Shown one piece after another: positions 26,972 to 38,677 of a DNA stretch of 64,000 nucleotides; position 1 is the stretch's first letter, and each line of letters opens with the position of its first letter. The stretch comes from the human T2T-CHM13v2.0 reference genome, Homo sapiens: the NCBI RefSeq assembly GCF_009914755.1, contig NC_060937.1; one strand, written 5' to 3'. The translations under genes and the position numbers were made by a program. The notes under the pieces are model-generated. The model ran no database searches. It was not told where the DNA came from and saw nothing but the letters and a program-made list of their open reading frames with translations.

Positions 26972-27367
26972 TGTATTAGTCCATTCTCACACTACTATAA
27001 AGACATACCTGAGACTGGGTAATTTGTAAAGAAAATAGGTTTAATCAGCTCATTGTTCTGTAGATTGTACAGGCTTCTGCTTCCTGGGGAGGCCTCAGGA
27101 AACTTACAATCATAGTGGAAAGCAAAGGGGAAGCAAGTATGTATCCACATGGCTGGCAGGAGAGAGAAAGAGCAAACGGAGAGGTGCTACACACTTTCAA
27201 ACAAGATCTTGTGAGAACTCTATCATGAGACAGCACTCAGGGGATGGTGCTACACCATTAGAAACCATCCCCATGATCCAGTCACCTCCCACTAGGCCCC
27301 ACCTGCAACATTGGGAATTATAATTCAACATGAGATGTGGGTGAGGACACAAAGCTAAACTGTATCA
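26972..27367 (-). mobile_element. MSTA-type MaLR solo LTR
   Basis: TGTATTAGTCCATTCTCACACT...GCTAAACTGTATCA with 5-bp TSD CCCAC (26967-26971, 27368-27372). Confidence 0.9.
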
Positions 27368-27401
27368 CCCACCCTTTTGGAATTTAGTCTACTGAGATAC
27401 C

Positions 27402-28456
27402 ATGAAGCTGATGCTAGTCTTGGAATCTAGAAAGAAACCCAAGAAAGCAATATGGTGCCCCATAGCCCAACACGAAGATGACATTATACCTGGATTGGCC
27501 ATAGGTGTTTATATTTCCCCCACAATTGTTGATGCCAAGAAAAAAGTTCTTCATTGTTGAGAGATCAAATCAGATGGGAGTGTTTCAGATTTACACCCTA
27601 TAAATCTGATATCTGGGTGTTTGGAGGCACTGGCTAATCCAAATTTTCTACAAGTCCTGAATTCTGAAAGCAGGAGCTCGGTCATGCCTGAGATGATCAG
27701 TCTCTACTCCCACTCTCACTCCCATCCCACCCCAAAATACTCCACATATCATCAGAAGCCACTGGAAACCACCTGTATGTTTTTGGTGAAGAGTGAAGAA
27801 CCTAGCCCCTGGAGCATGGAAGCCACTTGTGTTTGGCATAAACACTGACCCATTATCAAACAAAGACCTATAGATAACCATCTTTTCCTGGGATGACCAC
27901 ATGATGATGGCAGCAGGGACAAAGCTCTTCATTCATAGAGGGTCATCAGGTGAAAAATTCTATGATGATCTGCATTTCATTGATGTAAGTGGCATAAAGT
28001 TGTAGAAACTGAGTCCCATTGGGGCCATTCCCACAGGATGTGTCACACATTTAGCTGTGGTTGTGAAGAAACGCACGTATATCGTTAGAAGAAATGACTT
28101 TCACAGGAGCACTAGGCTCAATACTAACATTACATAGGAAAGCAGAATTGGACCCTGCTTAAATTTGGCATCTCCTTCCCCATCCGCCCTGTACAATTGA
28201 CCATCTAATGAATATAATTCCAAGGCTGGTAATATCTACATCAGAGAAATAAGAGTCAATTTCTGTCATTGTAAGCTGTGAAACTAAGAAAGAGGACTTT
28301 GCTGACAACGCAAGGCTGTGATCCACCTGAAGAAAGCCAGACTGATACACTATTCTGTTTTGTGTTTGATGGAATGGATACAGAATAGGAAATCTATAAT
28401 GAGCATGTTATAACAGTAGTTGACTAGTAAAATTCATATTTTATTAAAGAAAAAAA
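27402..28456 (+). pseudogene. RABEPK: Processed pseudogene of RABEPK (Rab9 effector with kelch motifs, p40)
   Basis: Manual translation: 27402 MKLMLVLESRKKPKKAIW (parent MKQLPVLEPGDKPRKATW); 27611 IWVFGG; LQVLNSESR; 27898 HMMMAAGTKLFIHRGSSGEKFYDDLHFIDVS (parent HVMVAAGTKLFIHGGLAGDRFYDDLHCIDIS); C-terminus EESQTDTLFCFVFDGMDTE*EIYNEHVITVVD* with stop at 28425-28427. Intronless, with multiple stops and frameshifts and an A-rich remnant at 28446-28456. The symbol refers to the parent gene. Confidence 0.93.
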
Positions 28457-28458
28457 TA

Positions 28459-28827
28459 TGCCTCAGTAAAAAGAGCTGCATCACCCAAGGTTACAGTCTC
28501 TCTCTGATAAAACCAAGATTTATCTTCCGTGAGGTAAAAGCAGCTTCATCCAATGACTAGTCAAAGCTATGGTACAAAGGGTTGGCCCTCTTATTTAAAC
28601 TTGGAATAATTCTGAAGGGCCATCACAGCTCCAGAGCTCCATGTGTGATCTGCTGAAAGCCCTGCATCAACTAAATCAACTATATTGCGGTTTAATTTCT
28701 CCCAATGTCTAATCCTACTTTCCTTACTCCCCTACATATATTAATCTCAAGAATACTTTTCAACAAACTTCATGCATGTTAATATCTGTCTCCAAGTCTG
28801 TTTCCCAGGGAACACTAAATAAGACAT
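28459..28827 (+). mobile_element. LTR16C-like (ERVL) LTR, 3' portion
   Basis: CATCCAATGACTAGTCAA, AATTCTGAAGGGCCATCACAGCTCCAGAGCTCC, and end GTCTGTTTCCCAGGGAACACTAAATAAGACA. Confidence 0.75.
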
Positions 28828-29023
28828 CATTTATCTGTCAATTCTTTTCCCTGTCACTAACATGAAGCTCATTTTTGTCAAATTTGTAAATATGGTGTGT
28901 ACTTCTGGTAATAAGAAATGGGATTCAAATATATTAGCTTAGTTTTATATAAATTTTCAGTCCCTGTCATGAATTCTGAAGACAAGATCATAGAAAAGAA
29001 CCAGAGATGATTAAAGTACTAGT

Positions 29024-29425
29024 TGTATCAGTATATACTGCTGTGTAACAAAACACCCTAAATGTATTGGTTTAAAAGAGAAACAATTTATTTTATTATG
29101 ATTCCATGGATTGACTGGGTGGTTCTTCTCCTGGGCTCACATGGGCTTATTTATGTGACTATATTTAGTTAGTGGCCAACTGGGCTCTGGGCTCTGGCTG
29201 GGATGGCTGGACTTCTCTCTCCATTTGGCTTGGAGGGGGTAGACTAGATTTCTTTACATAGTGGTCTCAGAAAAGCATTCCAAAAGGGCAACAAACCCCA
29301 TGCCAAAGCACTAATCAAAACTAGGCTTATTTCACATTTGTTGATGCTCCATTGGCCAAAGCAAGTCACAGCCCAGTGTCAATGTGGGATAGGAACACAC
29401 AAGGGGATGGATGTAGGGAAGCGTA
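29024..29425 (-). mobile_element. MLT1-family MaLR LTR
   Basis: TGTATCAG...TGCTGTGTAACAAAACACCCTAAA and CCATTGGCCAAAGCAAGTCACAGCC. Confidence 0.75.
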
Positions 29426-29704
29426 GTTGTGTGCTCTCTCTCTCTCTCTCTCTTACTCTCTTCCTCCATATCTATGGATTTACATGCATATATGTTAACG
29501 TTTGTATAGTACTTATTATATGACAGATGCTTTTTAAGAGTATATAAATGTATATTTGCTTATGTATAAATATGTATGTGTATACATATAAGTATAAATA
29601 TATGAACATTTATTAACAAAAAATAAATAAAATAACCTAAAAAATAAAAATAAAGTTAGAATTATTATCATCTCCAATTTGGTGATGAAGAAAGTGAAGC
29701 ATGG

Positions 29705-30956
29705 TATCAGGGGAACCCACCCCCAATATTTCAACGTAGGTTCTTTCTATTTTCTCTAAGTGTCAGCCAGCTGAGAAATAAAGAGAAAGAGTACAAAGAG
29801 AGGAATTTTACAGCTGGGCCTCTGGGGGTGACATCACATATCAGTAGGACCGTGATGCCCACCTAAACTGCAAAACCAGCAGGTTTTTATTAAGGACTTC
29901 AAAAGGGGAGGGGGTGTACGAACAGGGAGTAGGTCACAAAGATCACATGCTTCAAAGGGAAAAAGGAGAACAAAGATCACTTGCTTCTGAGGCCAATAAA
30001 GATCACAGGGCAAAGGGCAAAGCAAAGATCACAAGGCAAAGGGCAAAATCAAACACTTCTGATAAGGGTCTGTGTTCAGCTGTGCACATATTGTCTTGAT
30101 AAACATCTTAAACAACAGAAAGCAGGGTTTGAGAGCAGAGAATCAGTCTGACCTCAAATTAACCAAGGTGGGTTTTTTTCCCCACCCTAATAAGCCTGAG
30201 GGTACTGCAGGAGACCAGGGCATATTTCAGTCCTTATCTCAACCGCATAAGACAGACACTCCTGCCATTTGTAGACCTCCCCCCAGGAGTGCATTCCTTT
30301 CCCAGGGTCTTAATTATTAATATTCCCTGCTACGAAAAGAATTCAGTGATATCTTCCCTACTTGCACGTCTGTTTATAGGCTCTCTGCAAGAAGAAAAAT
30401 ATGGCTCTATTCTGCCCAACCCCACATGCAGTCAGACTTTATGGTTGTCTTCCCTTGTTCCCTGAAAATTGCTGTTATTCTGTTCTTTTTCAAGGTGCAT
30501 TGATTTCATATTGTTCAAACACACATGTTTTACAATCAATTTGTACAGTTTAACACAATAGTGGTCCTGAGGTGATGTACATTCTCAGCTTATGAAGATA
30601 ACAGGATTAAGAGATTAAAGACAGGCATAAGAAATTATAAAAGTATTAATTTTGGGAACTGATAAATGTCCATAGTAAAATGAAATGTTCACAATTTATG
30701 TTCAGAGATTGCAGTAAAGACCAGCATAAGAAATTATAAAAGTATTAATTTGGGGAACTGATAAATGTCCATAGTAAAATGAAATCTTCACAATTTATGT
30801 TCAGAGATTGCAGTAAAGACAGACATAAGAGATTATAAAATTATTAATTTTGGGAACTGAAATATGTCCATATTAAAATGAAATCTTCACAATTTATGTT
30901 CCTCTCCTGAGGCTCTAGCTGGTCCCTCCATTTGGGGTCCCTGACTTTCTGCAACA
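29705..30956 (-). mobile_element. MER11 (HERV-K HML-8) solo LTR inserted into a MIR
   Basis: Minus strand starts TGTTGCAGAAAGTCAGGGACCCC. 6-bp TSD GCATGG (29699-29704, 30957-30962). MIR halves at ~29660-29704 and ~30957-31050 join across it. Confidence 0.93.
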
Positions 30957-31289
30957 GCATGGAGAAGTAACTAACTTCTTTAAGGATGTAGAGCCAGGAA
31001 GTGGAGAAAATGAGATTTTAAGCCTGATGTTAATAACTCCATCATCACATATTCTTCTTTTCTCCTTCCCTTCCACGTCAATTTCTGGGGAGGAGACAGA
31101 GTGTGTGTGATGGGTGTTAAAGCACAGGCAAGTTGAAGCATAGAAAGGATTTTAGGAATTATCTAGCACTTTGATTTCTAGATGATGATTTCGGGACCTA
31201 TACATATGAAATAATTTCCCCTCAAAATGCAACTTATTAAAAGTTATTTCCATTATGTGCCACAGCCTTTGTTTCTATGTCAGAATATT

Positions 31290-31600
31290 GTGAAAAGTTA
31301 GGAATATTAAGTTTTATCAAATTACAGATGAGACTGCATGGATTCAGACTCTACCAAATTGTGAAGTATAAAGATGGATTCCTTTCACCAAATTAAAGAG
31401 CACCAGGACTACAGGATGCCCACTGCAGCATAAAAGATAAAAGGGATTTATGCTTTGTACTTCACTGCTTTACACAGTTGGTAGTAAACATATGCAAGTC
31501 ATTACCCCAGAAGGTTATATACTCTGAAAATATAAATAGGTTCAGGAAAGGCTTAGATAAATTCATGAATGAAGTTTATAATGGGTTACCAAAAGGAAAT
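31290..31600 (+). mobile_element. Ancient CR1/L3-type LINE 3' fragment
   Basis: TTTACACAGTTGGTAGTAAACATATG...TATAAATAGGTTCAGGAAAGGCTTAGATAAATTCATG resembles the CR1 ORF2 C-terminus (FKKGLDKFM-like). Confidence 0.5.
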
Positions 31601-34600
31601 TAGGGATCACAGACTCCCCAAGGTCTGGGTGTGGAGGGCAACTGGCATGCTTTCCTGAAAAACATCAAAGAAACTATGTTGTTTCTCTAGAGTTCATGTG
31701 ACTCAGTATGACAGTTATATTATCATATTCTTTATATAAGATTCTTCTTCTTATAGGGCAGGCCTGGTGGTGACGACATGATTAGATTTCATTCATTTAT
31801 TTTACAAAACATTCTTTAAAAATTACTCCTTTTTGTCTCCATCAATAAACTAATTTGCCTCCATCAATAAACTAACAATTGCTTTTATAGATTATTTATG
31901 ATACTATTTAAGTTTACTTTCTCTTCTGTTTTCCTTCTTCTCTCTGCTATCCCATTTTTTATATCAAACTTTCTCTCTCCTCTCACCTATTTGAGCTCTC
32001 TTAAAAAACTTTCCCTCTACCTTTCTTTTCTCTTTATTTTTCTCCTCTTTCCTACTACCTTTAATCTCTTTCTAACCCTTTATCTTCAATCTTTCTTTAA
32101 ACTTTCTTTAAAGTTTATATTATGATATAGGAGATATGTGTCTGCAATTTGTTTTTGACTGACTCTCATATCTTACTATTATTAAATAAGAACACGACTC
32201 AATCTAATCTTAAAATGAAGAAAAATAACTTTAGAAAAAATCTGTAAATATTACAATAACATCAATACAAGAGAATAGAAGCAACACATATGCCAATCTC
32301 CATTAATGTAAGCAGTTTCCATTGAGATAATATAAAATATGCTCTAAAACCAGCAGTTCTGAAGTGTAAGTAATATTAACTAATGTTTAAAGTATATCCT
32401 TGAAGAAAATATTGGTTCCATTTATTTAGAAAGAGACACTGGCATGATAAAATTGATCTAACACTGTCTTTTCTATGAATAAGTAAATCAGTGGGAAACA
32501 TTCTGGTTGTGCATGGAAATTGCTGCTCCAAGGACACTTTATTTTTGCTACCAACATGCGTTAGTAATTTAAAGTACGTATTAGACTAAAGTTACTTATT
32601 ATAACTTTAAAAACAAATTTCATAATTTCTGATATATTAATTTCTAGAAAGTATACTCAGAGTTGCGTTTTCTTCCTAGATTATGCTATGTAATGTACGT
32701 TTGATACAATTTTAAGTACTCTAAAATGCAGAGAAAACCAAACATATGAAAAATATGTTGATTCAAAGTTTTTTTTAAATACTACTTTACCATTTTGCTG
32801 GAATTATGAAAATTCTAATAAATGGCTATCAATAAAACTAATTTGTCATTCATTATCCATTGCCACTATAATTGCTATGATGTATGTTGAAGACCTATAC
32901 AAAACTTCCAAATTTTAGTTTAAATGCACGAATAATCATTCTTTTTCCATCCACACTTCCAGGTTATTTTTATTATACATATTTGCCATATTTCATATGT
33001 TTTAACATTCTTCAACTATTCTGCAAGCATTTACTTAGTGCCTACTATATTATAAATACTTGCCCTTAACTGCAATGACAACATCAATTAAATATTAAAT
33101 TCTAATAACATAAAAATTGATCTCAACATCCCATTTCATTAGCGCTTTCAGTTTTATATGTCTTATTCAGTTCCATCATAATGGACATTTGGATTTTCCC
33201 ACCTTATTGTGCCATATTTTGCTAAATTACAAAAGTAAAAACTCTCTTGCAACTAAGACACAAGCATAATACCTAAAATCTGTTCATTAGATTCACCTAC
33301 AAGAAACATCAATTCAGATGCACATTGAAAAAACAGGTCTCCCTGGAACCCATTTTTCTGAGAATGCTAGCAGAGGAATCCAGGTTTCCACAGCAAAGGA
33401 CAGGATCTTATAGAGTAATGCATAGTGCCTAGCATCAGCAATTCTTTCTGCAGGGTCTGTGACCGAACCCAGGCCACAGGCATTCTGCTGAGCCCATTCA
33501 TCAACATATTTTGGGTCTTTCTGGTAGGGGTAGCATTCAAGTTTGATTTTCTATCCTTGAAAGAGTTTCTTCTAAACTTTGACATAGTACTTCCTGCTTA
33601 CAGTAGCTAAAATAGGTTTCAAACTTTTCAGGTAACAATTTATTCTAATAAATTGATCAATACCTTAAGTTCTTTAAGGGTGATATGAGTATTTTCCAAA
33701 AATTCTTTCTCCTCAATTATTGTAGTCTATCAATTATCCTTCTCCATTGTCTTATCCATGCCCTTGTACTCAGTATGTAAAACTCAAACCATGAATCAAT
33801 TCAAGCATCTGATTTCTCTATTTCTATGCCTGGGTAAAAACGAGCATGGTTGAAGAAACTCATTCAATCATATGTAATTGTATATATTTAACAAGAAGAA
33901 AGTGGAGCTAAAATATCCAATTTATATTGTTGTGTGAACCAAGCAAGTTGCTGCAAATGTAGATAGCTAGGTAGATGGGTGGATAGATAATAGATCATCT
34001 CTCTCAACACTCACTTCTCCCTCCTCAGAAGATACTACTTAGGCTGAAATGTACATTCTCAGACTTTCATCCCATTGGGTTCTAGATGTGATTGAATTTC
34101 CACAATCAGATACATTTACTCAAAACTGTAAATTCAAGGGAATTCAAAGGAAAAGGTAATTTGAGGAAAATTATTATTTTTCTGTTGCAGATTGTTGCAG
34201 AGGCTTCCTAATTTGGTGGTTTCCTAAATCAGAGGAAAGAACTTCTCAATCACAGCAGACTCAGTGAGATTGCAGGTAGTTGGAGCTATATGTAGGAGTC
34301 TATTCTTCTAAAATCCTGACAATAAATGCATTTATGCTTGAACTAAGTAAAGTAGTTCTTGTTGTTTGAAAGTGAATCTTTTCAGAGATAAGAACACTAC
34401 TAGTTAAGCAACGAGATGCAACGTGTTTCACATTGCAGAATCCTGAAAGGCCCAAGTGATGGAGACAGTATATACTTGTGATGGTAGAGATTAAGGATTG
34501 AGGCAAACACAAAAGGGTGGATCACAAATCTGGGAGCAAACCTCCACCAGGTGTCCTCCTTTACCCAACATAGCAAGGTGACCACCTAGCAAAATTAATC

Positions 34601-34662
34601 TTGGGATAATTAAATCAGCCCAATTCGGGAAATAAGAAAATTAGGCACATTTTAGGATGAGA

Positions 34663-34948
34663 GGCCAGGCATGGTGGCTCACACCTGTAATCCCAGCACT
34701 TTTTTCTGAGGCCAGGAGTTCAAGTCCAGCCTGGCCAACATGGTGAAACCCCATCTCTACTACAAACACACACACACAAAAATTAGCCTGGTGTGGAGGC
34801 GAATGCCTATAATCCCAGCTACTCAGGAGGCTGAGGCAGGAGAATCACTTGAACCCAGGAGGCAGAGGCTGCACGGAGATCACACCATTGCACTCCAGCC
34901 TGGGCAACAAGAGCGACACTCCATCTCGAAAATAAATAAATAAATAAA
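34663..34948 (+). mobile_element. AluS with internal deletions, (CA)n linker and (TAAA)n tail
   Basis: About 24 bp are missing after CAGCACTTT; linker CAAACACACACACACAAAA. Confidence 0.88.
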
Positions 34949-34999
34949 GACAAGAGTGAGGTATAATGTTGAAAACAAAGGCACTAAGGGAAATTATTT

Positions 35000-36795
35000 A
35001 CACCAAACAGTGAGATCCCTGCCTCCTTTGCCAAATCAATCCCCAGAAATCTGGAAGCTGGAAGCTTACATCATGTGGGAGGGAGACTAAGGATTACACT
35101 CAGGGAAGCTGCCAAGTCCAAGAGAAAAGACTGACAAATATGTCATGAGGGATTCCCCAGTGAAATGTCCCCACTTCTTTTTCCTCTGGTGAACCCCACC
35201 ATTCCACAAGCCCCACGCATGCATAACTTGGCAAACATCTGTTTAGTTCTGTACTCTTGATTATGAATTGTCAGTAAAGACTCAATAGATAGTTGAAGAA
35301 AATCTCTAACATGAAAGACGAGGAGTAAAACAAACAAAAACAGAACTAAAAAATAAGTTTAATGCAGGACCAATAAAACATCCGTACCAATTGAAAAATC
35401 TTGAGAAAGATCAGAGATGTTGTTAAGTGTGAAGAAGAAGTGGATACTACAAAAAGAAAAAATAAAAGGGACCCCTGGTAATTAGAGAATATAATCATAA
35501 CAGTACATTGAAAAAATCAATAGAAATTTTTAAAAAATTTGTAGGAGTTTCCCCAAAAGAATTTTTAAATGATAAAATAACAGAAAACCAAAGAAAAAAG
35601 AAAAACTAAAAGATAAATACATAATTTCCATTATCTGACCAAAAGGAATAACAGAGAAAACTGAGAAATTAGATAGAGGAATGTTGTCAAGAGTTAATGA
35701 AATGTTTTTTCTAAAGAACCAGCTTTCTAAATTAAAAGGACATCTGATTTTCCAGGAAAATTAATGGAAAAAAAGTCATATTGAGGCAGAGCACTGAGAA
35801 ATATTAGAGTAATGGTAACAAAGAGAAGAATCAAATATCTTCTGTGATTGAGGAATAAAGTGGGAGTAATAACAACAAAAATATCACAAACTGTCAGTAA
35901 TCAAATTAGCCTTAAACTCATAATGGCAACACTGGCAGCTAGAAGACAATGAAGAATGCCTTTGAAATACCTAGAGAGAATTACCACTAATAATAGAAAA
36001 AACTGTCTTTCAAATATGATCTTAAAAAACATTTTCAAACATTCAGGAATTCAAAACATATTTTCAAATATGCAGGATCTAAAATTTCCAGCACAGGTTT
36101 TTTTCAAGAAGCTTCCTGAAGATGTGTTTCTCTAAAAAGACAAACAAAGCAAGGAGAAGCAAAGGATCTAATCAAGAGAGCCAAAGAGATTTTCTATTGA
36201 AAGAAACTCCCTGATAAGAACCTGCCAGCATGCTTGGGGAGCAGCAGGTACAAGAAAAACATCACGTATGGACAGATAGACACACAAGGAAGTGATAAAT
36301 ACCTTATGTGTTTGACCTTATAAATGGAATATTTACAGTTCTTTAATACCGTGCAGAGATGAATTATTAACAGGTCTTAAAATATTATCAAATTATGCAG
36401 TGCAGGACTTATTGACTCCAGGTAACACAAGTTTGGTGTATAGACATTAATGTACTTATTTTATATGCCATGGTTCACTGGCAGACAATACTATGAAATC
36501 ATTCAACAAAAGCACTGAATGTTGATTTACCTAAAATGCATAACCATACAGTACAGCTGGGAGAGGGAAAATTATTTCTTCCGTGTCTGAAATTATATAA
36601 TTGTTAGTTAAAATCATTATAAAATAGCATTATAAAGTCATTACTGGAAAAATATATAGCATAATACTGAAGAAACAAGTGAAAATGCTAAAAGTGATTT
36701 AGTCAGGGAACTAGAGATGGGAAGGTCTGGCTGTTAGATTGCTGTTTTTTGCAGCATTCCTTTTAATTTTATATGTATTTGCTAAAATAAAAACT
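35000..36795 (+). mobile_element. HAL1-like (half-L1) element or old L1 5'/ORF1 region
   Basis: A-rich ORF1-like remnants (GCAACACTGGCAGCTAGAAGACAATGAAGAATGCCTTTGAAA) with no ORF2, followed by a HAL1-type 3' end near 36690-36795. Confidence 0.6.
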
Positions 36796-37017
36796 TTATA
36801 TGTAGACAATGAAATACCATGATAATACCATTAGGTAGATCTTATTATCCCCGTTTTGCATAGAGAGCCCTGGAGAGGTCAAAGCCATAGCTAAATATTT
36901 GGCAAAGGCAGGATTTTTACATTCAGGTTTTCCTGAGTCGAGAGCCATGTACTTTGTACCACATTACACGTACTCCTTCACAATTGCAATTATTCCTTTC
37001 CTCATTTCCATTTACAG

Positions 37018-37180
37018 CTGTGGGTGCCAAGCCGAAAGCACATTTGCTTGGTGTTTTCTCAGGAACACGTCCACAAGTCACTTATGCCTGAGTTCTGTTC
37101 CCGTGAAACATCCCAGAAGGTGCTAAGAGGAGAAGTGTGGAAAACTAGAACCACAGTGTGAAGAAAGGCTTTGTGGAATG
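37018..37180 (+). other. Candidate spliced exon A (163 nt)
   Basis: Acceptor TTCCTTTCCTCATTTCCATTTACAG and donor ATG|GTAAGG. All three frames are closed internally; the last three bases are ATG. Confidence 0.45.
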
Positions 37181-37851
37181 GTAAGGCCGCCTGGATGAAG
37201 CATGAGAGAGAGAAAATGAAAATATTTCACTTATATTCCTTTTACTTTTCAATTACTAAAGTGTCTAAATATGATCATGGAAAACTGGTAAAGGTGATCA
37301 ATCCTGACCTACATGTTTACACAGTGTTTACGCTGATGCTTAAGTAGAACAAATACTATTACATGTTTCTTATTTTTATACTGGGGAAAGGATAACATGC
37401 TGAAGTAATTTCTCTCCTAACACTTAAGGAAATTCTCACTGAAGAATCTGACATGGACAAACTTCTTTAAACCCAAGTACCTAAGTAACTGAAGTAACAA
37501 TGTATAATGAGAACAGAATCATAGAAAATTGTAATATCTACATTTTCTGTCACAAACACAAAGGGCTTCTGTAATTTAGATACCTACTTTTAAAAGCTAG
37601 TTTGTTTGCAATCCAAAACAATTAAATATGCATTATTTTCCATTATATAATTATTAAAGAGAGATTGTCTACAAAACATATGTGCTTATATTGGTGTCCA
37701 CGAGCAATCAAAAATAAGCAGGTACACATAGACTGCAGTAACACATAGGCAATACTATCATTTCTTTATCAGTGCACACAGGAAAATGTTCTTGATTAAA
37801 AGATTTGATGGGCTTTTTAATTGCAGTATTTTTCATTTCCCATGGGTTTTT

Positions 37852-37950
37852 AAAAATTTTTAATTATCATGGGTGCATAATAGATGTATATATTTATGGG
37901 GGTTTGATTATTACATATTGTATGCCTGTATCAAAACATCACATGTACCT
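37852..37950 (-). mobile_element. ~100-bp 5'-inverted (twin-primed) L1MA-type insertion
   Basis: 37852-37901 is the L1MA 3' terminus in minus orientation; 37902-37949 is the adjacent upstream segment in plus orientation. TSD GGGTTTTT (37844-37851, 37953-37960). Confidence 0.8.
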
Positions 37951-38556
37951 TAGGGTTTTTGTTTGTTTGTTTTGCTTTTTATTTTTAATCTATAGAAACA
38001 AGTAAAGCATCCCCAGTTACCAAAGTTGTGGAATTCTCTTTGACTCCTGTTACTATTCTCAAGTGCAAATAACCCATCTTTTATTCACTTGTATGAGTCT
38101 TCTCTGTATCTCCTGACATCCTTTTAATGCATTTTCTCTGGGACAACAAGAATGACATTCCTCTTCGAATCTTTGTCATTGTTCTTTAAAGTCCCAGCTT
38201 TTGCCATAGCCTTTTGTAGAAAGAAGACTCCCTATCCCACAGCTACATTCCTTCAGTTCTGCTTATTATCACTTGGAGGCAGCCTCAGTTCCTTAGTATA
38301 TTCATCTTTCTTTGGTCCAGATCAATAGATCATTTTAAATCAGTGCACTGAAGACTGAAAAAACCACTTCTATTGCAGGCTGGTAGTAAGAGAGTGAATG
38401 ATTTCTTGGAGTTTGTGGTCCATAATTATATTAACCTTGGTCCCACACCAAGCTATTTGAAACTTCTCACACCTCATTACCAGTCAATGCGTCCTTCTCT
38501 GTATAAGAATTGCATTGTTTGACTTTGAAAGACATGTTGTTAAAATCTGTTTACAG

Positions 38557-38677
38557 GTTGGTGATGTTTCTTTAGAAGAGTGGAACAAATTTCATGGTCA
38601 AAGTCAAAATTTTAGCACCCTTTTTATAACGAGGGTATCCAACCCTGTGAATCCCAGAACAGCCAGTATTGTCACAA
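38557..38677 (+). other. Candidate spliced exon B (121 nt)
   Basis: Acceptor TCTGTTTACAG with branch-like TTTGAC ~35 nt upstream; donor CAA|GTGAGT. Only the phase-0 frame is open (VGDVSLEEWNKFHGQSQNFSTLFITRVSNPVNPRTASIVT). Confidence 0.4.

Noticed and set aside
27621-27932. 75-aa plus and 94-aa minus ORFs as functional genes
   Set aside because: They overlap the frameshifted RABEPK pseudogene; only a short part of the plus ORF is in the parent frame, and the minus ORF is its antisense shadow.
31837-31875. Short tandem duplications (also 43369-43408 and 44867-44894)
   Set aside because: Ordinary 14-22 bp slippage duplications with no further structure.
33367-33610. 72-aa minus-strand ORF (MSKFRRNSF...) in unique-looking sequence
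   Set aside because: No recognisable homology, promoter or convincing splice context; length within chance expectation.
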